The notes below the pieces were generated by a model, which was given only the letters and a program-made list of their open reading frames with translations, was not told where the DNA came from and did not search any database. The position numbers were made by a program, and so were the translations under genes. From contig JANRKS010000009.1 of NCBI GenBank assembly GCA_033763315.1, positions 64,001 through 128,000 of the forward strand: a DNA stretch of 64,000 nt, given 5' to 3'. Source of the stretch: Deltaproteobacteria bacterium. GTDB lineage: Bacteria; Myxococcota_A; Polyangia; Fen-1088. This document shows, in pieces, positions 56,077 through 64,000 of this stretch. The first letter of the stretch is position 1. The number at the start of each line of letters is the position of its first letter.

Positions 56077-58479
56077 GTGAGTAAAAAGGAAAAATTCCTC
56101 GCTTCGGCTCAGAAGCACCTCGAACGAGGAAGCCTCGACAAGGCTTTGGCCGATTACCAAAAAGCGGCGGAAGACGATCCGAAGGACACGCGCGTTTGGC
56201 TCAAGATTGCCGAGCTGCAGGTCAAACGAGGGCGCAAAGAAGACGCCCGCGATGTCTATCTTAAGACCGCGGAGATCTACACGGAGCAGGGGTTTTTCCA
56301 GCGTGCCGTGGCGGTCTACAAGAATTTGCTGAAGCTCACGCCGGGCTTCGTTGACGCTCACTTCAAGTTGGCCGATCTGTTTCGCCAATTAGGCCTGCTT
56401 TCGGACGCCATGCAACAGTACGAGTTGGCGGCGGCTGTCTATCAGAAGCTGGGCAAGGTGGCCGAAGCCATGGGTGCCATGCGCAAGATCGTGGATCTGA
56501 ATCCCGATCACGTTTTGGCACGCATCAAACTTGCGGAGGCGGCATCATCCGCCGGCCTCAAGGACGAAGCGATAGCGTCGTTTCGACAGGCGGCCGAACA
56601 GCTGCGCACCCAAGGGCGCAGCGACGAATTCTTGCGTGTGGCTGAACGCTTGTTGGCCCACGCGCCGAACGATCTTGCGTTCGCCAAAGAGGTGGCCGCG
56701 GGCTACATCGAAAGGGGCAACGCTCGTTTCGCCTTGGCCAAACTGCAGCCGTGTTTTGCCGCCGATCCACGCGATCTTGAAACGCTGGCGTTGTTGGCCA
56801 AAGCGTTTGAACAGCTGGGCCAGGTGGCCAAAACGCTGTCAGTCACCAAAGAGATTGGCCGCATTCATCGAGATGCCGGTCGCATGGCCGAAGCGTTGGC
56901 TGCGTTCCAAAAAGCCGCGGCGCTTGATCCTTCGGACGATGAAGCGCGCAATGAAGTGACGCGCGCGCAGGCATCGTCGGCGGCCCGCGCCGCCCCCAGC
57001 AGCCCCGCGGCTGTGAGGCAAGCTGGCAAACCAAGTCCGTTTGCTTCGATCACCTTTAGCGAGATGGCCATTCCGCAGTTCCTGCTGCCCAAAGAAAGCA
57101 GCACCTCGATGCCCGCGATCACCATGTCGCCTGAAGCGATGACGGGCGCCTCGCGGCGATCAGCGTCTCCCACGCCTGCTGTGGATACCGAACGCCTCAT
57201 TTCAGAGGCCGATCTGTTCATCAAATACAATTTGTTCGATAGGGCTGTTGAACATGTGCGGCGGGTGTTTGATCAAGCACCCGATCACCCAGGTGCCCGT
57301 GAACGTTTGGCCTACGCGCTGGTGCAGCTTGGTCGCCACCAAGAGGCTGCTACGCAATACGCGTTGCTGGGCGAGCTCTTCCGGTTTTCTGATCCCGCGC
57401 GCTCGTCGGTTTACATGAAGCAGGCGGCGGCCACACGGCCGCAGCACGAAGCCGGCGACCAAACCACCGAGACGGGCAACACGCCTGAATTCTCGATGTC
57501 GTCCACGGACACGTCTGGCGAGGTGCTGGATTTCGAATCCTTGGATGCGGAATTCATCGAGGAGGACGATGATGACGAGGCACCGGCCAGCGTGACGCCG
57601 GCCCTGTTGTCGCTGTCGGATCTGGCCAGCCAGGTGAACGCACGCACGGACAAGGTGTCGGCGTACAAGCCCGAACCCGGTGAGGAAACTTCGGATGATT
57701 GGGCGCCTCCTACGTCTGAGATGACGCTGCCGTCGTTCGACGAATTTGATCGCGTGGAACGCACATCGGCGGAGGGCTTCTCCGAAGCGGCTCTATCCGC
57801 TGATTTGGAACAGGTGGACTTTTTCATCAATGAGGGCCTGGCCGATGAAGCCCAAAGCCTGCTGGATGATCTTGTCACCCGTTACCCGCGCCACCCGGCG
57901 GTGGCTGAGCGGTTCGCGCGTCTTCGTGATCTCAGCAGCCGCGGCGCTGTGCCGCAAAGCCCGCCCCACACCGATTCATCTGCGCCGCGCGCCGAGTTGG
58001 CCACGGGTGAATCGGCCGATTCTGCCACGCACGCTGATCTCGGCGTCGCCTACAAAGAGATGGGCTTGTTCGACGCGGCCATCAAAGAATTCAAAGTTTT
58101 GTCGCAGGATCCTGACCGCGAGATTGATGCCCTGATCATGATTGGTGAGTGCTACGAGGGCAAAAATGCGCTGCCGGATGCGGTCATCCATTACAAGAAA
58201 GCGCTGAACCGCGCGCACATCAGTGACGCTCAAGCCACGCAGATCTACTTTCAGTTGGGGCGCGTCTTCGAAGCTTTAGGCGACGGCAAAGAAGCGCTGT
58301 ATTTTTTCGAGAAGGTGGTGCGGCGCAATCCGAACCACGCCGATGTGTCCGCCCGCGTGGCGCGCTTGGGTGGGGGCGGGGGGGCCTCAAAGCCAGCGAA
58401 TCCACTAGCCGCGGCGGACTCTGCCAGTGTAAACGTGGCTTTGGACGCAATCTCCGGCGGCAACCGTTCCCGATCTTGA
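56077..58479 (+). CDS. sgmX: Multi-TPR protein, SgmX-like
   Basis: N-terminal TPR array, acidic linkers, C-terminal H.DLG.AYKEMGL.D.AI.EF TPR block; directly after accC as in Myxococcus. Confidence 0.72.
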   Translation: MSKKEKFLASAQKHLERGSLDKALADYQKAAEDDPKDTRVWLKIAELQVKRGRKEDARDVYLKTAEIYTEQGFFQRAVAVYKNLLKLTPGFVDAHFKLADLFRQLGLLSDAMQQYELAAAVYQKLGKVAEAMGAMRKIVDLNPDHVLARIKLAEAASSAGLKDEAIASFRQAAEQLRTQGRSDEFLRVAERLLAHAPNDLAFAKEVAAGYIERGNARFALAKLQPCFAADPRDLETLALLAKAFEQLGQVAKTLSVTKEIGRIHRDAGRMAEALAAFQKAAALDPSDDEARNEVTRAQASSAARAAPSSPAAVRQAGKPSPFASITFSEMAIPQFLLPKESSTSMPAITMSPEAMTGASRRSASPTPAVDTERLISEADLFIKYNLFDRAVEHVRRVFDQAPDHPGARERLAYALVQLGRHQEAATQYALLGELFRFSDPARSSVYMKQAAATRPQHEAGDQTTETGNTPEFSMSSTDTSGEVLDFESLDAEFIEEDDDDEAPASVTPALLSLSDLASQVNARTDKVSAYKPEPGEETSDDWAPPTSEMTLPSFDEFDRVERTSAEGFSEAALSADLEQVDFFINEGLADEAQSLLDDLVTRYPRHPAVAERFARLRDLSSRGAVPQSPPHTDSSAPRAELATGESADSATHADLGVAYKEMGLFDAAIKEFKVLSQDPDREIDALIMIGECYEGKNALPDAVIHYKKALNRAHISDAQATQIYFQLGRVFEALGDGKEALYFFEKVVRRNPNHADVSARVARLGGGGGASKPANPLAAADSASVNVALDAISGGNRSRS

Positions 58480-58506
58480 TCCGCTGGGGCGGGGGGAGCT
58501 GCTAGG

Positions 58507-59463
58507 GTGGGAGCAGGTGACGCAATGACTTTGATGGATTCCGCAATTACGTACTTTCAAGGCCTGCAGGACCGCATATGCGACGCTTTGGCCGAAATCG
58601 AAGGCGCAAGCTTTCGGGAAGACACCTGGCAGCGTGACGGTGGTGGTGGGGGCCGCAGCCGCGTCCTAACAGGTGGCAAGGTGTTCGAGAAAGCCGGCGT
58701 CAACTTCTCCGACGTGCACGGCGAGTTGCGACCAGATTTTTCCGGTGCGCTGCCGGGCGACGGTTTGAAGTTTCGCGCCACTGGCATTTCGTTGGTGATT
58801 CATCCACGCAACCCCTACGTGCCGACTGTGCACGCGAATTTTCGCCGCATCGAACGCGGCAGCGTGGGCTGGTTTGGCGGTGGTGCGGATCTCACGCCGT
58901 ATTACGTGTTTGCCGAAGATGCCAAACACTTTCACCGCACGTTAAAGACCGCGTGCGACGCAGGCGGCGGCGCCGGCACCTATGATCGTTTCAAAGCTTG
59001 GTGCGATCGCTATTTCTTCATCGCCCACAGAAACGAGCCGCGCGGCATTGGCGGCGTGTTTTTTGATTATTTGGGTGCGGGAGGCGAAGCCACCGCCCGC
59101 GAAACGGGCGTGCCCGAGGCGGCCTTCGAGAAGAACCCAGAAGATACGTTTGCGTTCCTGCGTTCGGTGGGTGACGCGTTCTTGCCGGCGTATTTGCCGA
59201 TCGTGCACAAACACAAAGACGACGCGTTTGGCGATCGCGAGCGGCGGTGGCAATTGCACCGCCGCGGCCGCTACGTTGAGTTCAACTTAGTATACGACCG
59301 AGGCACAGTGTTTGGGTTGCGCACGGACGGTCGTGTGGAATCCATCTTGATGTCGTTGCCCCCCGAGGTCACCTGGGAATACAACTATGCGCCGCCCACG
59401 GGCAGCCCTGAAGCCCAAAGCCTTGAGCAGATCATCTCGCGGCGCAACTGGGCTGATCTGTAA
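58507..59463 (+). CDS. hemF: Oxygen-dependent coproporphyrinogen III oxidase
   Basis: FEKAGVNFS.VHG, HPRNPYVPT.HAN.R, WFGGGADLTP, RRGRYVEFNL.YDRGT.FGL. Confidence 0.97.
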   Translation: MGAGDAMTLMDSAITYFQGLQDRICDALAEIEGASFREDTWQRDGGGGGRSRVLTGGKVFEKAGVNFSDVHGELRPDFSGALPGDGLKFRATGISLVIHPRNPYVPTVHANFRRIERGSVGWFGGGADLTPYYVFAEDAKHFHRTLKTACDAGGGAGTYDRFKAWCDRYFFIAHRNEPRGIGGVFFDYLGAGGEATARETGVPEAAFEKNPEDTFAFLRSVGDAFLPAYLPIVHKHKDDAFGDRERRWQLHRRGRYVEFNLVYDRGTVFGLRTDGRVESILMSLPPEVTWEYNYAPPTGSPEAQSLEQIISRRNWADL

Positions 59464-59529
59464 CGCCGTTCGATTGGCTGACTAAACTCGCTGGAGCTTG
59501 CGCCCGTGTCCCGCTAAGGTTGGGGAACG

Positions 59530-60969
59530 ATGAGCAAGCTAAACGGTTTTTCTCGGAGTTTGTGGAGCGTTGGCGCTTGGGCGTGTGGGGCTTTTGTGTG
59601 TTTGGGCCTGGCGGAGGCGGCCTGGGCCAAGGCCAAACCCGTGCGGTTCATCACGTTGGCGCCTGGGCATTTTCATGCAGCCTTGGTGCAAAAGCAGATG
59701 CTGCCGCAGGTTGACCCCACCGTCACCGTTTATGCGCCGCTGGGCTTCGATCTCACGGAGCACATCAAGCGAATCGTTGGCTTTAACACGCGGGCAGAGG
59801 CACCCACGGCCTGGGGCCTCGATGTGCGAGCACAGGAAAATTACCTGTCGCTGTTCCGCAAGGAAAAGCGCGGCAGCGTCGTTGTTATCTCAGGCCGCAA
59901 CGCCGGCAAGATTGAGCTCATCGAAACGTCGGTGGATGGCGGCATGCACGTGTTGGTCGATAAGCCGTGGATCATCGAACCCGAAGACTTCGGCAAGTTG
60001 GAGCGCGTGTTGGCCAAGGCCAAACAGCGTGGGGTACTTGCGTACGACATCATGACTGAACGCTTCGAGCCAACCAATGCCCTGCAAAAGGAATTGGTCA
60101 ATGCGCCTGACGTCTTCGGCCAAATCGATCCGGGCACGGCTGCATCGCCTGGCGTGTACATCGAGAACGTGCACCACTTCATGAAGATGGTGGCCGGGCG
60201 GCCCAACATTCGCCCCACATGGTTTTTCGACAGCCGCCAACAAGGCGAGGGCATGGCCGACACCGGCACGCACTTGGTGGATCTTGTGCAGTGGACGTTG
60301 GCACCGGACCAAGCGTTGGACGCCAAGCGCGACATCGAAGTGCTGCAGGCACAACGCTGGCCCACCCCTGTGACACAAGCGCAGTTTCGCAACGTCACGG
60401 CCACCGACGGTCCCTGGCCAGCGTTCCTGACCGAGGCCGTGGTGAAAGACCAACTCAATGTGTTTGCGAACACGCAAGTCACGTACAAGTTGCGTGGCAC
60501 GTTTGTGCAAATGGCGTCGATGTGGAGTTGGGAAGCCGAAAAGGGCGGAGGCGACTGGCACTACGCCGTGTACCGAGGCACGCGTTCGACCGTGGAAATA
60601 AGGCAAGGCCGCCAACAGAAGTTCGTGCCCGAGTTGTACGTGGTGCCGCGGTCGCCCGCGGATGCAATGTCTGTGCAACAGGCTTTGCGCGCGCGCCTCG
60701 CCTCCCTGGGCGATCGCTTTGCGGGCGTTTCGTTGCAGGAGGAATCTGGAACTTTTCACGTGATCGTTCCCCAGCCTCTACGGCTTGGTCACGAAGCGCA
60801 CTTTGGCGAGGTCACGCGCAATTTCCTGGCTTACTTGAACGCACCTCGCACTTTGCCGGCATGGGAGAGCACCAATTTGTTGGCGAAGTACTGGGTGACC
60901 ACGCAGGCCACGAAGCTTTCGCGGCAAAGCGCGCCGCTTGCGGGCTTCTCGTCTAAAGCCCCGCGCTGA
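59530..60969 (+). CDS. Exported Gfo/Idh/MocA-like oxidoreductase
   Basis: Signal peptide; L.PGHFHAALVQK, VLVDKPW, YDIMTERF, QGEG..D...HLVDL, GHEAHF. Confidence 0.75.
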   Translation: MSKLNGFSRSLWSVGAWACGAFVCLGLAEAAWAKAKPVRFITLAPGHFHAALVQKQMLPQVDPTVTVYAPLGFDLTEHIKRIVGFNTRAEAPTAWGLDVRAQENYLSLFRKEKRGSVVVISGRNAGKIELIETSVDGGMHVLVDKPWIIEPEDFGKLERVLAKAKQRGVLAYDIMTERFEPTNALQKELVNAPDVFGQIDPGTAASPGVYIENVHHFMKMVAGRPNIRPTWFFDSRQQGEGMADTGTHLVDLVQWTLAPDQALDAKRDIEVLQAQRWPTPVTQAQFRNVTATDGPWPAFLTEAVVKDQLNVFANTQVTYKLRGTFVQMASMWSWEAEKGGGDWHYAVYRGTRSTVEIRQGRQQKFVPELYVVPRSPADAMSVQQALRARLASLGDRFAGVSLQEESGTFHVIVPQPLRLGHEAHFGEVTRNFLAYLNAPRTLPAWESTNLLAKYWVTTQATKLSRQSAPLAGFSSKAPR

Positions 60970-61135
60970 CGCTGGCTTTTCGAGTTTTGACGCTTGCGAC
61001 ATGTCGCCGGGCTTCCTACACCAAGCGCGCAAATTGCAGCCCCTGCGTTAAAGGGTTTTCTTCCCCGGCAGGCCGGTGATAACCTGCCTAACACTTCAGT
61101 TCTTTGACCTGAAGATGGCTTGGAAAAACAGCGAT

Positions 61136-64000
61136 ATGCCGACGGTTCGTGAGTTTGAGCAGGCATTTGCAGACGACCCGACCCACCAGCAAGCTTTCTT
61201 GTCGTTGCGCAAAGCGTACGGCGAGAAGCAGCGGTTTGATAAACTCGTAACGCTTTACGAGTCACGGGCGCAGGCAACCACCAGCGACGAAGAGGCGGCC
61301 GACCTGTACCACCAGGCGGCCGAGCTTCGCATTGACCAATTGGCTGACGCCGCGAATGCGGAGACCGTGCTGCAATACGCGTTGCAACGGTTACCTGGTC
61401 ATCCCAAGGCCTCCGACCGGCTGCGCGCGCTTTACCGCGAGCAAGAGCGGATGAGCGATTACCTCACGATGTTGGAGGTGACGGCGGGGCAGGTGGTGGA
61501 ATCGGGCCAGCCGGATCGGCGAGCGGCGCTCAACGCCGAGCTTGGACAACTTGATCATCGTTACATTCAGCCGCTTGAGCAAACGCCGCAGGGGCAGCGT
61601 GCAGAGATCACGCCGGAGGCGCTACGCACGGTTGTGTCGGCTCGCAAGATCCACCGCGCGCTTGGCAATTGGTCGCAGGTCATGCGTATGTATGATCTTG
61701 AAGTCTCAGCCACGGCGGACGACAAACGCAAAGCCGATCTGCTCTTGGCGTGCGCAAAGCTGCTGGCGGAGAAGGCCAACGATCTACCGAACGCCGCCAT
61801 ACGCGTGGCCGAATCGATCCGATTGCGTGCAGGCGACGATCGCGCGCTTGAACTGCAAGCTTGGATTCTCTCGCAGCCGGCTTGGCAAGAGCCAAACGGC
61901 AAAGCGCGGGCTGCTGCGCTTTACCAGCAATTGGCGCGGCGGCGTCATGAAGGCGGCGACGTGGAGGGCGCCATCGGTCTGCTGCGCCGGGCGCTGACAG
62001 CGGTGCCAGGACACCCTGAATCAAGCGACGCGCTTGAGAAGATCCTGTTGTTCGCGGGCCGCTTCAAGGAGCTGGATCGGTATTACCGTGAACGCACCAC
62101 TGAAGCGCCCGACCGGGCGGCCAAGGTCGTGTGGGTGCAAAAGCGGGCCAAGCTCGCGCAAGAGCATCTCAAAGATGACGGTGAAATCTTGCGCGTGTAC
62201 GAAGAGCTGGCGGCGTTGGAGCCACCGGCAAGCGCATCGAATCAGCAGCTGGCCAAGCTTTACAGCGAGCGCCAGAACTTTGCGAAACTGGCCGAGCTGC
62301 GTGAGCGTCAACTGGCCGTCATTTCCGAGATCGACGCGCGCTTGCCCTTGCTGCGCGAGCTGGCGTCGCTTTATCGCGATCGTTTGGGTGATGCCGATCA
62401 GGCGGCTGTGTATTTGCACGCCATTTTGCAGCTGGATCCCACGGATGAAGACGCGCTCAAAGCGTATGGCGACCATTTCCGTAAACGCGGCGATTTTCAC
62501 GCCTTGGTGGATCTGCTTGAGTTCGCCGCTGACAGCGCGGCGGCGGCGGGGCCTTCAACCGCGCATGAGCCGAAGATTTCGCAATGGCTGCAAGAAGTGG
62601 CGGCTGTGGCCGAACGCAACTTGGCGGATGTGGATCGCGCGATCGGCGCTTGGCGCAAACTTGAAGATCTGGGATTCAACGTTGACCAGGCACGCGAGAC
62701 GCAAAAGCGCCTGTTGCTCAAGGAAAAGCGGTGGGAAGGCATGGCCGACCTGCTGGCGCGCGAAGCGCAAGCGGCACCCGACACGGGCAAACGCATCGAA
62801 GTTTTGCGGCGTTTGGCTCGGCATTACCAAGACAAGTTGGCCGCCAACGAAAAAGCGGTTGAAACGTACCGTCTGATCTTGTCGTTGGATCCTGCAGACG
62901 CTGCCGCGTTCCGCGCGGTCGTGGATGTGTTCGAGGCCGAACAAAATTGGCTGTCGCTGGCGGAATTGCTTCGGTCGCATGTGCCCGTCGTGCCACCAGC
63001 CGAACAGGTGACCTTGCTGCGGCGTTTGGCGGGCCTCTATTCAGAACAGCTGGGGCGCCCACAAGATGCAACGTGGGCAGCCGAGCAGATCCTGGCGTTG
63101 GTGCCGGGCGACCGCGACGCTTACTTCCGCTTAGAAGACAATTTGGAAGCCGCAGGGGATCTGCCGCGGCTCGCGCAAGTGCTGGTTGATCACGCTGCGA
63201 CGGTTTCAAGAACCGACAAGCCTGTGTTGATCGCGCGCGCGGCGCGCATCACGCAAGACGACCTTGAGCAGTCTCGCCGCCGCACCGCTGTGGGAGCAGG
63301 TGCTTGAGTTATCGCCTTACGATCCCGCCTCCTTGTTTGCTTTGGCGAAGATCTACACAGAGCTTGAGCGCGCCGCAGATCTGGCCCGCATTCTTGAGCT
63401 GCAAATTGCCCAGGCCGCTGACGATCCTGGCACACAGGTGGCGGCCTTGCGTCGGTTGGCCGAGGTGTGCACAGAACACCTGGCAGACGACGAACGTGCG
63501 TTGCTTGCGTGGGAACGCCTCCTGGCGTTGGTGCCTGAGGATCCTGAAGCGCTGCGAGCCTCGTGTGACCTTTACCGCGAGCGTGGCGACTTCTCCCGCT
63601 TGGCCGACGCGTTGGGCAGGCAAGTGGCTGTGCTTGGCGATCCCGCAGCGGCTGTGGCCTTAAGCCTTGAGCGTGCGCACGTGCTCGAAGTGCGTCTTGC
63701 GCGGCCCTCTGAAGCGATCGAAGTGCTTGAGCAGGTTGTCGACGGCCTGGATCCACACAACGTCACGGCGTTTGCGCACTTGCGCCGCTTGGCCGAAGCG
63801 CAAGAGGATTGGCAAAAGGTTGTGACTGTGGCTGAGCGGCAAATGCTGCTGAACGAAAGCCACGAAGATAAGGTGCAAACGGCGATGGAGATCGCCGTGA
63901 TTCACCGCGATCGCCTGGGCGATCCTGACAAAGCGATTGCGTCTTACGAACGCGTGCTTGGCATGGATGCCGCTCACAGGCCTGCGCTGCAGGCGCTGGC
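61136..64000 (+). CDS. Giant TPR-repeat protein (myxobacterial type), frameshifted at ~63270 and running off the window
   Basis: Repeated L.L.P....A...L..LY....W..L units; after 63271 the same repeats continue in another frame (LAAAPLWEQVLELSPYD...) without a stop to the end. Confidence 0.8.

Noticed and set aside
1-64000. tRNA, rRNA, prophage or integrase genes
   Set aside because: None recognised. Intergenic spaces are short and no tyrosine/serine integrase or phage structural motifs were seen.

Overview
This 64-kb window looks like chromosome from a GC-rich Myxococcota (myxobacterium-like) organism. Positions 1-16.7 kb are a surface-glycosylation region. Two divergent polyprenyl-phosphate GT2 genes flank a lower-GC island that holds a secreted DM9-repeat protein, a nested IS graveyard and three GT-C membrane glycosyltransferases; a fourth (DUF2079-like) follows the second GT2. 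The IS graveyard contains a Mu-like DDE/ExeA remnant, an intact IS407-group IS3, a second IS3 split by an IS110, and an IS21 istB end. The IS110 sits exactly in the IS3 frameshift window and keeps a structured ~220-nt non-coding left end with two repeated loop motifs, a candidate bridge RNA. The rest is core-like: romR-valS, an ECF sigma/FecR cassette, two DUF1592-type cytochrome/DUF1552 pairs, mazG, phoH/GAF-HD-GYP/ybeY, an esterase-glpK-PP2C-ArsA-like operon, and a sigma54 regulator. These are followed by pilMNOPQ (PilQ carries a ~600-aa helical insert), aroK, a lipoprotein, mglC, aroQ, accBC, sgmX, hemF, an oxidoreductase and a frameshifted giant TPR gene running off the end. All family calls come from motif recognition and synteny by eye, not from database searches.
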